Shown: positions 8,381 through 15,733 of the stretch, piece by piece
How positions within the stretch are numbered: position 1 is the stretch's first letter
How the letters are laid out: the number at the start of each line of letters is the position of its first letter
DNA from: a virus
UHGV virus genome: UHGV-0041835
Strand: one strand, 5' to 3'
DNA: 18,062 nt
The notes under the pieces: model-generated
The model's input: the letters and a program-made list of their open reading frames with translations, nothing else
What the model was told of the DNA's origin: nothing
Database searches by the model: none
Position numbers and translations under genes: made by a program

Positions 8381-8491
8381 ATGCCCTCCATAGTAAACAC
8401 GAATAAAAAAATACAATATGTACTTTGCGAATACAAGTAAAAATACACATTGTGCATGGATGGTTCCAGTACAGAGCGTAATAATAAGGAC
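8381..8491. promoter_or_regulatory. Immunity-region divergent promoter/operator region (OR with PR and PRM)
   Basis: AT-rich intergenic space between divergent cro and cI. Contains TACA...TGTA-type inverted-repeat motifs (for example tacaatatgtact at 8412-8424) that recur near the PL candidate. A possible -10 TAATAA ends about 8 nt before the cI ATG, suggesting a leaderless PRM-like transcript. Confidence 0.6.
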
Positions 8492-9151
8492 ATGAAAATG
8501 AAATGGTATGAACTGGCTAGATCCAGAATGAAAGAGCTCGGCATAACTCAAGAGAAGTTAGCCGAAGAGCTAGGTATGACGCAGGGTGGGATTGGACACT
8601 GGTTGCGCGGATCTCGTCATCCATCTCTTAGTGATATTGGTGTGGTGTTTAAATACCTTGGTATTGATAACATATCATTCAACCACGACGGGACATTTTC
8701 ACCTGTTGGCGAATACTCATCGGCCCCAGTTAAAAAACAATATGAGTACCCTGTTTTTTCTCATGTTCAGGCTGGGATGTTCTCTCCAGAACTCAGAACC
8801 TTTACCAAAGGCGATGCGGAGAGATTGGTAAGCACAACCAAAAAAGCCAGTGACTCTGCATTCTGGCTTGAGGTTGAAGGTAACTCAATGACCGCACCAA
8901 CAGGTTCCAAACCCAGCTTTCCTGACGGGATGTTAATTCTGGTTGACCCTGAGCAAGCTGTTGAGCCCGGCGATTTCTGCATAGCCAGACTTGGTGGTGA
9001 TGAATTTACCTTCAAGAAACTGATCAGGGATAGCGGTCAGGTGTTTCTACAGCCACTAAACCCACAATACCCAATGATCCCATGCAATGAGAGTTGTTCC
9101 GTTGTGGGGAAAGTTATCGCCAGCCAATGGCCTGAAGAGACGTTTGGGTGA
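8492..9151 (+). CDS. cI: CI repressor: divergent N-terminal HTH domain fused to a lambda-type C-terminal S24 autopeptidase domain
   Basis: C-terminal half is near-identical to lambda CI as recalled, including the Ala-Gly cleavage site (VQAGMF) and the Ser/Lys dyad (GNSMTAP, FKKLIRD). The N-terminal HTH ([18 protein letters not shown]) differs. Start is uncertain among ATG 8450, 8492 and 8498. Confidence 0.9.
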   Translation: MKMKWYELARSRMKELGITQEKLAEELGMTQGGIGHWLRGSRHPSLSDIGVVFKYLGIDNISFNHDGTFSPVGEYSSAPVKKQYEYPVFSHVQAGMFSPELRTFTKGDAERLVSTTKKASDSAFWLEVEGNSMTAPTGSKPSFPDGMLILVDPEQAVEPGDFCIARLGGDEFTFKKLIRDSGQVFLQPLNPQYPMIPCNESCSVVGKVIASQWPEETFG

Positions 9152-9190
9152 TGAAACCACTTTTATCTACAATTTACAGGGCGGTAAACA

Positions 9191-9748
9191 TTGGCAAAAA
9201 TAGATGATTATCAGCCAAGCCAAGTAGAAGTTGATAAAGTACTTTATTGTAAAAAAATAGTTAACTTTTCTGGCGTTAAATGGAAACAGAAACCAAGTCG
9301 CTCTGATATGTGGCTACAAGCCCATATCATCCCCTTGGATGAGGATTGTATACCTATACAAGGGCTAAAGTTTGAACTGAAATGGAAACCAGATCAGGAT
9401 TCAGAACCTGATGACCCGATTTCTTACCCTAAAATAAATATTATTGCTTTCTATCATAACAAGAGGGTTTTCGCGGTAGATACCTATCACTTTGACAAAC
9501 ACACGAATAGTTACAAGGTCGATCATCCGAAGTACCAAGATATCATTTACGGTGCTCACTACCATGTATACTATGAAGAAGCTGGATACTATAGTGATAG
9601 AATAGCGTTTCCAATCGAAGATGACATAAACCCAGATGACCTGGTAGGGTATTGGAATTACTTCTGTAAACATCTGAACATAACTTACTCTGGGAGAATA
9701 CCTTTACCGCTTGAAGATGAGTCGGGGCAAATGGGGTTTGGAATATGA
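9191..9748 (+). CDS. Hypothetical protein A (185 aa), first gene of an uncharacterised cassette downstream of cI
   Basis: Open frame beginning at TTG 9191; the only in-frame ATG is 39 codons in. No recognised motif. Acidic and Tyr/His-rich soluble protein with no predicted TM segment. Visibly more AT-rich than flanking phage genes. Its stop overlaps the start of gene B. Confidence 0.6.
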   Translation: MAKIDDYQPSQVEVDKVLYCKKIVNFSGVKWKQKPSRSDMWLQAHIIPLDEDCIPIQGLKFELKWKPDQDSEPDDPISYPKINIIAFYHNKRVFAVDTYHFDKHTNSYKVDHPKYQDIIYGAHYHVYYEEAGYYSDRIAFPIEDDINPDDLVGYWNYFCKHLNITYSGRIPLPLEDESGQMGFGI

Positions 9749-10497
9749 TGTGCTCAACAGTGATCTCACAACTAGGTTTCGAATGCCATCCAATAGGCAA
9801 GACCTTGAGAATTATCAGTCCATTCACTTACTGTGATGATGGAGAGCATGTCGGTGCCTTTATCCGTGAAGTCAATGGTAGGTATTTAGTTAGTGACAGA
9901 TGCGATGCCTTAATGAATATGGAGGCAAGAGGGATCTCGCTTACCAAAAAACGACTTGATGAGATACGACAATTACTGCTTAAAGAAGGCGCAGAACTCA
10001 ATGCTCGAGGAGAAATCATTGCTTGGGCAACAGAAAAGGATGTCGGTGCGATTACATCGAACATAATTAGAGCTGGTATACTCGCATCAACTTTGTCGTT
10101 AGACTGGTATCAGCCAGTTCAAGCTGAAAAGTTTGAAAGTATGGTTATTGATTATCTATATCACACAGAGCTTAGAGACGCACTTTCTCTTCGTGAAAAC
10201 GTATATGGCTTGAGTGGACATCAAATTACCGTCCCTGTAACAATAAAAACCGACATACCTAAATACGTTTTTACATCAAGCGTGAAACACGGAGGAAGCT
10301 GGAATAGTGCTTACTCATTGCTTGGGAAACTAATTGATCTTAAAGCTTCAAGTGAGGAGTATAACAACAGATTTGTTGTTATAGACAGCGAAGCAATTGG
10401 TGATCAAATGCAACAACTCTCCTTACTCTTCCATGAATCAAGCCAAGTTCTACCATTCTCCAAAAGAGAGACTTGGGTTAAGAGACTTGCAGCATAA
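9745..10497 (+). CDS. Hypothetical protein B (250 aa), second gene of the uncharacterised cassette
   Basis: ATG at 9745 or 9748 overlaps the stop of gene A (ATGATG), implying translational coupling. No recognisable family from the sequence. Followed 5 nt later by an intrinsic terminator. Confidence 0.65.
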   Translation: MMCSTVISQLGFECHPIGKTLRIISPFTYCDDGEHVGAFIREVNGRYLVSDRCDALMNMEARGISLTKKRLDEIRQLLLKEGAELNARGEIIAWATEKDVGAITSNIIRAGILASTLSLDWYQPVQAEKFESMVIDYLYHTELRDALSLRENVYGLSGHQITVPVTIKTDIPKYVFTSSVKHGGSWNSAYSLLGKLIDLKASSEEYNNRFVVIDSEAIGDQMQQLSLLFHESSQVLPFSKRETWVKRLAA

Positions 10498-10502
10498 TAC
10501 AA

Positions 10503-10531
10503 CCCGGCCTCAGCGCCGGGGTTTCTTTTCC
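10503..10531 (+). terminator. Intrinsic terminator ending the cI-cassette operon (tImm-like)
   Basis: Stem CCCGGC/GCCGGG with loop CTCAGC, followed by GTTTCTTTTCC. Confidence 0.6.
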
Positions 10532-10543
10532 TCACGTTCGCCC

Positions 10544-10553
10544 NNNNNNNNNN
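10544..10553. other. Run of 10 N: assembly gap or contig junction
   Basis: Literal NNNNNNNNNN. The roughly 35 bp on each side are near-identical copies (cctcagcgccggggtttcttttcctcacgttcgccc versus cctcagcgccgggttttctttgcctcacgttcgccc). Confidence 0.95.
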
Positions 10554-10762
10554 CCTCAGCGCCGGGTTTTCTTTGCCTCACGTTCGCCCACCTAAAAACA
10601 CATAACCAATTATATTTATTGAAAAATAAATAGATGCAACCCACTAAACCACGCAATTCTGATCTCTCCTTACATCGCCGAGGCAATACATCCACGCTAA
10701 AAAACAACACTATTAAATACAAAGCGTTATAAAAAACCACGCCAACTTACAACAAATTGTAT

Positions 10763-10791
10763 TGATCTTGTAAAGTACATATCGTACTATT
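10763..10791 (+). promoter_or_regulatory. PL candidate promoter with overlapping OL operator motif
   Basis: TTGATC (10763-10768), a 17-nt spacer, then TACTAT (10786-10791). The spacer contains AGTACATATCGTACT (10774-10788), an inverted repeat that matches the OR-region motif AGTACATATTGTA. Confidence 0.5.
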
Positions 10792-10836
10792 TAACCGTCA
10801 GCAGGACGCTGGAAGCCAAATGGAACAGACTGGCAG

Positions 10837-10881
10837 GCTCTTTAAACAACGTCGACTCTCGACTACGTGGCTGAAAAGCCA
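10837..10881 (+). promoter_or_regulatory. nutL candidate: boxA plus boxB
   Basis: GCTCTTTAA(ACAA) boxA-like at 10837-10849 and TGGCT-GAAAA-AGCCA hairpin at 10868-10881, in the leader upstream of N. Confidence 0.6.
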
Positions 10882-10979
10882 GATCACCCAACCACATAAG
10901 CTGTGGGATGCAATGCCGAAGCAACCGTCTCAGGAGGAGCTTCGAGATTGCATCGCCAAAGTTTATTCGGGAGGAATCC

Positions 10980-11252
10980 ATGTCCAGAAAAACAGAATTT
11001 AAAGGCACCGCAGCTTCTCGCCGTAGAGCTCGTCGCGCAAATCTGCAAAGTCAGGAGGCGATCAGCTCCGACAAGCTACACAGGCCAACCCCTTCACGAG
11101 TGGTCTTGCAATGCAAGCTCAAACCAGCAATGAGAGCAGAAGTGATAACTCTGACAACGTTGACCAGAAAATATGAAGGTTCAACTTGTCTTCCGAACGT
11201 AGCTCTTTACGCGGCAGGCTACCGGAAATCAAAACAACTGACGGCGAGATGA
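10980..11252 (+). CDS. N: Antitermination protein N (Arg-rich motif type, H-19B/933W-like)
   Basis: 90 aa from MSRKTEFKGTAASRRRARRANLQ... (N-terminal arginine-rich motif), with C-terminal ...LPNVALYAAGYRKSKQLTAR resembling the N proteins of P22-like and Stx phages as recalled. GGAGG lies 5-9 nt upstream of the ATG; the track ORF is extended upstream. Confidence 0.75.
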   Translation: MSRKTEFKGTAASRRRARRANLQSQEAISSDKLHRPTPSRVVLQCKLKPAMRAEVITLTTLTRKYEGSTCLPNVALYAAGYRKSKQLTAR

Positions 11253-11268
11253 TAAATTCATTTGCTAA

Positions 11269-11850
11269 TTACTTGTTTTTGCCATGCTTATCCTGAGCGA
11301 TAAGTTCATCCATAAGGCTGTCTGCCTTCCCGGCAAACCTAATGTAGCACTCATGTCTATAGCTTTCAGGGATAACGAAACGGTCGGTATCAGGATATCC
11401 AACAGCAGGAGGCCTTCGAACGAGGAGTCCTTTTTTGAGCAATGAAATTGATTCATGAGCGCCCTTTTCCGTTTGTAGCTGGTTATTAGCGGCTACAGCG
11501 AATGCCAAATACGCTCTTTCTCCAAGAGTTAACGAATCAAACAAATCTTGCACATATTTTTCTTCTTTAGATTTGCGCTTCTGAGCAGCGAATACCTCAA
11601 TTCTTTCAGTCACAGCGTGATAAGCGGAATTAACAACGCCGTTAAGCACATAGCTAACGCAAAACAACAGGATGTAATACATCCAGTAATGAGGAAGGAT
11701 TTCTGGATTATGCAGGTTTATCCATTCTTTTACGCTTACCGGCATAACAATAATCAATATGATCAGGATGATTAGCATATGAATCAACTGTTTAAGTGTC
11801 ATTCCTTGCAGGAAAAAATGCATTAGTTCCTGCCACCATGAGTTGTTCAT
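11269..11850 (-). CDS. sieB: Superinfection exclusion protein B (SieB)
   Basis: 193 aa from MNNSWWQELMHFFLQGMTLKQLIHMLIILIILIIVMPV..., with two hydrophobic TM segments and a C-terminal ...IRFAGKADSLMDELIAQDKHGKNK. On the strand opposite N, as expected for sieB. Confidence 0.8.
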   Translation of the reverse strand: MNNSWWQELMHFFLQGMTLKQLIHMLIILIILIIVMPVSVKEWINLHNPEILPHYWMYYILLFCVSYVLNGVVNSAYHAVTERIEVFAAQKRKSKEEKYVQDLFDSLTLGERAYLAFAVAANNQLQTEKGAHESISLLKKGLLVRRPPAVGYPDTDRFVIPESYRHECYIRFAGKADSLMDELIAQDKHGKNK

Positions 11851-11993
11851 CGGCGTTTCTCTTTTGCTCTCTGTAGGGGTGAATAGAGTTTATCCGATTT
11901 CTCGTTGTAGGGGTACACGAGAACCACCGAGCCTGATGTGGTTAAAAGACAGGCACAATCTTTACTACCGCAATCCACTATTTAAGGTGATAT

Positions 11994-12080
11994 ATGGAAG
12001 AAGAATTTGAAGAGTTCGAAGAGCATCCTCAAGATGTGATGGAACAATACCAGGACTATCCGTATGACTACGACTATTGA
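11994..12080 (+). CDS. Small acidic protein (lambda orf28-like)
   Basis: Not in the track. Hand translation MEEEFEEFEEHPQDVMEQYQDYPYDYDY. AAGGTGA lies 4 nt upstream of the ATG, and the 3' end overlaps the ral start. Confidence 0.45.
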   Translation: MEEEFEEFEEHPQDVMEQYQDYPYDYDY

Positions 12081-12264
12081 TACAAATCAATGGTGTGGAC
12101 AATTCAAACGATGCAATGGATGCAAGCTGCAATCGGAATGCATGGTTAAGCCTGAAGAAATGTTTCCTGTAATGGAAGATGGGAAATATGTCGATAAATG
12201 GGCAATACGAACGACGGCAATGATTGCCAGAGAACTTGGTAAACAGAACAACAAAGCTGCCTGA
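12064..12264 (+). CDS. ral: Restriction alleviation protein Ral
   Basis: 66 aa, MTTTIDTNQWCGQFKRCNGCKLQSECMVKPEEMFPVMEDGKYVDKWAIRTTAMIARELGKQNNKAA, matching lambda Ral as recalled. Confidence 0.85.
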   Translation: MTTTIDTNQWCGQFKRCNGCKLQSECMVKPEEMFPVMEDGKYVDKWAIRTTAMIARELGKQNNKAA

Positions 12265-12400
12265 TAGTGGCCTTTATTTTTGGCATAAATAACAGAATAA
12301 ACACTGCACTGTGTATTCATTCCAACGAGTGAATACACGGAGCAATGTCGCTCGTAACTAAACAGGAGCCGACTTGTTCTGATTATTGGAAATCTTCTTT

Positions 12401-12427
12401 GCCCTCCAGTGTGAGGGCGATTTTTTA
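12401..12427 (+). terminator. Intrinsic terminator in the early-left operon (tL-type), just upstream of ea10
   Basis: Stem GCCCTC/GAGGGC with loop CAGTGT, followed by GATTTTTTATC. Confidence 0.6.
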
Positions 12428-12446
12428 TCTATGAGGATATGAATAG

Positions 12447-12815
12447 ATGTCAAACATCAAAAAATACATCATTGATTACGACTGGAAAGCATCAATAGAA
12501 ATTGAAATTGACCATGACGTAATGACAGAGGAAAAACTTCACCAGATTAATAATTTCTGGTCAGACTCTGAATACCGACTCAATAAACACGGCTCTGTAT
12601 TAAATGCTGTATTAATCATGCTGGCGCAACATGCTCTGCTTATAGCAATTTCAAGCGACTTAAATGCATATGGTGTTGTGTGTGAGTTCGACTGGAATGA
12701 TGGAAATGGTCAGGAAGGATGGCCTCCAATGGATGGTAGTGAAGGAATAAGAATTACCGATATCGATACATCAGGAATATTTGATTCAGATGATATGACT
12801 ATCAAGGCCGCCTGA
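12447..12815 (+). CDS. ea10: Ea10-like early protein
   Basis: 122 aa, MSNIKKYIIDYDWKASIEIEIDHDVMTEEKLHQINNFWSD..., recalled as lambda Ea10. Position between ral and cIII. Confidence 0.7.
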   Translation: MSNIKKYIIDYDWKASIEIEIDHDVMTEEKLHQINNFWSDSEYRLNKHGSVLNAVLIMLAQHALLIAISSDLNAYGVVCEFDWNDGNGQEGWPPMDGSEGIRITDIDTSGIFDSDDMTIKAA

Positions 12816-12887
12816 GCGCGGCGTTACCGCATACCAATTACGCTTCACTCGAGGCGTTTTTCGTTATGTATAAATAAGGAGCACACC

Positions 12888-13052
12888 ATGCAATATGCCA
12901 TTGCAGGGTGGCCTGTTGCTGGCTGCCCTTCCGAATCTTTACTTGAACGAATCACCCGTAAATTACGTGACGGATGGAAACGCCTTATCGACATACTTAA
13001 TCAGCCAGGAGTCCCAAAAAATGGATCAAACAATTATGGCTATCCAGACTAA
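12888..13052 (+). CDS. cIII: CIII (inhibitor of FtsH-mediated CII degradation)
   Basis: Not a separate track ORF. Hand translation gives [54 protein letters not shown] (54 aa). TAAGGA lies 8 nt upstream of the ATG. Confidence 0.8.
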   Translation: MQYAIAGWPVAGCPSESLLERITRKLRDGWKRLIDILNQPGVPKNGSNNYGYPD

Positions 13053-13164
13053 ATTCACTATCGCCACTTTTATTGGCGATGAAAAGATGTTTCGTGAGGC
13101 CGTCGACGCTTATAAAAAATGGATATTAATACTGAAACTGAGATCAAGCAAAAGCATTCACTAA
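13021..13164 (+). CDS. kil: Kil (host cell-division inhibitor)
   Basis: 47 aa, [47 protein letters not shown], matching lambda Kil. Its start overlaps the 3' end of cIII in another frame; the track ORF 12895-13164 is its upstream extension. Confidence 0.75.
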   Translation: MDQTIMAIQTKFTIATFIGDEKMFREAVDAYKKWILILKLRSSKSIH

Positions 13165-13239
13165 CCCCCTTTCCTGTTTTCCTAATCAGCCTGGCATTTC
13201 GCGGGCGATATTTTCACAGCCATTTTCAGGAGTTCAGCC

Positions 13240-13536
13240 ATGAACGCTTATTACATTCAGGATCGTCTTGAGGCTCAGAGCTGGGCGCGTCACTACCAGC
13301 AGATCGCCCGTGAAGAGAAAGAGGCAGAACTGGCAGACGACATGGAAAAAGGCCTGCCCCAGCACCTGTTTGAATCGCTATGCATCGATCATTTACAACG
13401 CCACGGGGCCAGCAAAAAAGCCATTACCCGTGCGTTTGATGACGATGTTGAGTTTCAGGAGCGCATGGCAGAACACATCCGGTACATAGTTGAAACCATT
13501 GCTCACCATCAGGCTGATATTGATTCAGAGGTATAA
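13240..13536 (+). CDS. gam: Gam (RecBCD inhibitor), short form GamS
   Basis: 98 aa, [60 protein letters not shown]..., matching lambda GamS. AGGAG lies 12 nt upstream. Confidence 0.9.
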   Translation: MNAYYIQDRLEAQSWARHYQQIAREEKEAELADDMEKGLPQHLFESLCIDHLQRHGASKKAITRAFDDDVEFQERMAEHIRYIVETIAHHQADIDSEV

Positions 13537-13541
13537 AACGG

Positions 13542-14327
13542 ATGAGTACAGCACTCGCAACGCTGGCAGGGAAGCTGGCTGAACGTGTCGGCATGGATTC
13601 TGTCGACCCACAGGAACTGATCACCACTCTTCGCCAGACGGCATTTAAAGGTGATGCCAGCGATGCGCAGTTCATCGCATTGTTGATCGTCGCCAACCAG
13701 TACGGCCTTAATCCGTGGACGAAAGAAATTTACGCCTTCCCTGATAAGCAGAACGGCATTGTTCCGGTGGTGGGCGTTGATGGCTGGTCCCGCATCATCA
13801 ATGAAAACCAGCAGTTTGATGGTATGGACTTTGAGCAGGACAATGAATCATGTACATGCCGGATTTACCGCAAAGACCGCAATCATCCGATCTGCGTTAC
13901 CGAGTGGATGGATGAATGCCGCCGCGAACCATTCAAAACCCGCGAAGGCAGAGAAATCACGGGGCCGTGGCAGTCGCATCCCAAACGGATGTTACGGCAT
14001 AAAGCCATGATTCAGTGTGCCCGTCTGGCCTTCGGATTTGCTGGTATCTATGACAAGGATGAAGCCGAGCGCATTGTCGAAAATACCGCATACACTGCAG
14101 AACGTCAGCCGGAACGCGACATCACTCCGGTTAACGATGAAACCATGCAGGAGATTAACACTCTGCTGATTGCCCTGGACAAAACATGGGATGACGACTT
14201 ATTGCCGCTCTGTTCCCAGATATTTCGCCGCGACATTCGCGCATCGTCAGAACTGACACAGGCCGAAGCAGTGAAAGCTCTTGGATTCCTGAAACAGAAA
14301 GCCACTGAGCAGAAGGTGGCAGCATGA
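13542..14327 (+). CDS. bet: Bet (Red-beta single-strand annealing protein)
   Basis: 261 aa, [59 protein letters not shown]..., matching lambda Bet. Confidence 0.95.
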   Translation: MSTALATLAGKLAERVGMDSVDPQELITTLRQTAFKGDASDAQFIALLIVANQYGLNPWTKEIYAFPDKQNGIVPVVGVDGWSRIINENQQFDGMDFEQDNESCTCRIYRKDRNHPICVTEWMDECRREPFKTREGREITGPWQSHPKRMLRHKAMIQCARLAFGFAGIYDKDEAERIVENTAYTAERQPERDITPVNDETMQEINTLLIALDKTWDDDLLPLCSQIFRRDIRASSELTQAEAVKALGFLKQKATEQKVAA

Positions 14328-15004
14328 CACCGGACATTATCCTGCAGCGTACCGGGATCGACGTGAGAGCTGTCGAACAGGGGGATGATGCATGGCACAA
14401 ATTACGGCTCGGCGTCATCACCGCTTCAGAAGTTCACAACGTGATAGCAAAGCCCCGCTCAGGAAAGAAGTGGCCTGACATGAAAATGTCCTACTTCCAC
14501 ACCCTGCTGGCTGAGGTTTGCACCGGTGTGGCTCCGGAAGTTAATGCTAAGGCGCTGGCGTGGGGAAAACAGTACGAGAACGACGCCAGAACCCTGTTTG
14601 AATTCACTTCCGGCGTGAATGTTACTGAATCCCCGATCATCTATCGCGACGAAAGTATGCGCACCGCCTGCTCTCCCGATGGTTTATGCAGTGACGGCAA
14701 TGGCCTTGAGCTGAAATGCCCGTTTACCTCCCGGGATTTCATGAAGTTCCGGCTCGGTGGTTTCGAGGCCATAAAGTCGGCTTACATGGCCCAGGTGCAG
14801 TACAGCATGTGGGTGACACGAAAAGATGCCTGGTACTTTGCCAACTATGACCCACGAATGAAGCGTGAAGGCCTGCATTATGTCGTGGTTGAGCGGGATG
14901 AAAAGTACATGGCGAGTTTTGACGAGATGGTGCCGGAGTTCATCGAAAAAATGGACGAAGCACTGGCTGAAATTGGTTTTGTATTTGGAGAGCAATGGCG
15001 ATGA
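14324..15004 (+). CDS. exo: Exo (lambda exonuclease, Red-alpha)
   Basis: 226 aa, [65 protein letters not shown]..., matching lambda Exo. Start overlaps the bet stop. Confidence 0.95.
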   Translation: MTPDIILQRTGIDVRAVEQGDDAWHKLRLGVITASEVHNVIAKPRSGKKWPDMKMSYFHTLLAEVCTGVAPEVNAKALAWGKQYENDARTLFEFTSGVNVTESPIIYRDESMRTACSPDGLCSDGNGLELKCPFTSRDFMKFRLGGFEAIKSAYMAQVQYSMWVTRKDAWYFANYDPRMKREGLHYVVVERDEKYMASFDEMVPEFIEKMDEALAEIGFVFGEQWR

Positions 15005-15183
15005 CCCATCCTCACGATAATATCCGGGTAGGCGCGATCACTTTCGTCTACTCCGTTACAAAGCGAGGCTGGGTATTTCACGGTCTTTCTGTTATCCGAA
15101 ATCCGCTGAAAGCCCAGCGGCTGGCTGAGGAGATAAATAATAAACGGGGGGCGGTATGCACAAAGCATCTCCTGTTGAGTTAA
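14995..15183 (+). CDS. Small early-left protein (lambda orf60a-like)
   Basis: 62 aa, [62 protein letters not shown]. Start overlaps the exo stop. Lambda homology is from memory. Confidence 0.5.
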   Translation: MAMTHPHDNIRVGAITFVYSVTKRGWVFHGLSVIRNPLKAQRLAEEINNKRGAVCTKHLLLS

Positions 15184-15347
15184 GAACGAGTATTGATTTG
15201 GCACATAGCCTTGCTCAAATTGGAGTCAGGTTTGTGCCAATACCAGCAGAAACAGACGAAGAATTTCATACGTTAGCCACATCCCTTTCACAAAAGCTGG
15301 AAATGATGGTGGCGAAAGCAGAAGCAGATGAGAGAGACCAGGTATGA
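15156..15347 (+). CDS. Small early-left protein (lambda orf63-like)
   Basis: 63 aa, [63 protein letters not shown]. Confidence 0.5.
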   Translation: MHKASPVELRTSIDLAHSLAQIGVRFVPIPAETDEEFHTLATSLSQKLEMMVAKAEADERDQV

Positions 15348-15427
15348 CAACCACTGAATGCATTTTTCTGGCAGCGGGCTTCATATTCTGTGTGCTTATG
15401 CTTGCCGACATGGGGCTTGTTCAGTGA
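15344..15427 (+). CDS. Candidate 27-aa hydrophobic (single-TM) peptide
   Basis: Hand translation MTTTECIFLAAGFIFCVLMLADMGLVQ. Its ATG overlaps the orf63-like stop (ATGA), and its TGA overlaps a GTG that is in frame with the 15358-15540 track ORF (GTGA). Confidence 0.35.
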   Translation: MTTTECIFLAAGFIFCVLMLADMGLVQ

Positions 15428-15656
15428 CACCTCAGCAAGAAAACGCCCTTCGCAGCATTGCCCGTCAGGCTAATTCTGAAATCAAAAAAGTCAGACAGCA
15501 GTTTCCAAAAACGTCAATGACATTTGCCGTAGCGTACTGAAGAAGCACCGCGAAACGGTAACGCTGAAGGGATTCACACCGACTCATTTAAGCCTGGCAA
15601 TCGGCATGTTAAACGGCGTCTTTAAGGAACGATGAACATGAAAAGCAAAATTATCA

Positions 15657-15680
15657 GGGAGCTACAGGCTCCTTTTTTAT
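15657..15680 (+). terminator. Candidate intrinsic terminator
   Basis: Stem GGAGC/GCTCC with loop TACAG, followed by TTTTTTATT. Confidence 0.45.
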
Positions 15681-15733
15681 TGTTCGCATTCACCCTCAAG
15701 CGTATTAACCAACAGTTCAGGGATTAATGAAAG

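Noticed and set aside
8381-8551. Upstream extension of cro to 128 aa
   Set aside because: The extension reads through the operator and promoter region and overlaps the cI start on the other strand; the 71-aa product from ATG 8380 has a good RBS.
10397-10740. ORFs 10397-10633 (plus) and 10510-10740 (minus) spanning the N-run
   Set aside because: Both translate through the assembly gap (XXXX in the translation) and the terminator.
10908-10979. N-terminal extension of N (MQCRSNRLRRSFEIASPKFIREES)
   Set aside because: The ATG at 10980 has a GGAGG Shine-Dalgarno and yields an N-like protein starting with the arginine-rich motif.
10820-11002. 60-aa ORF in the PL leader
   Set aside because: It overlaps the nutL boxA/boxB candidate and the N ribosome-binding site; more likely an untranslated leader.
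13268-14421. Overlapping and antisense ORFs within gam, bet and exo (13268-13489 plus, 13424-13696 minus, 13759-14010 plus, 14105-14398 minus, 14155-14421 minus)
   Set aside because: They overlap highly conserved red genes in alternative frames or antisense; typical spurious ORFs in GC-richer coding sequence.
15632-15727. 31-codon frame MNMKSKIIRELQAPFLLFAFTLKRINQQFRD
   Set aside because: It contains the terminator hairpin and U-run within its coding sequence and shows no coupling signals; likely non-coding.
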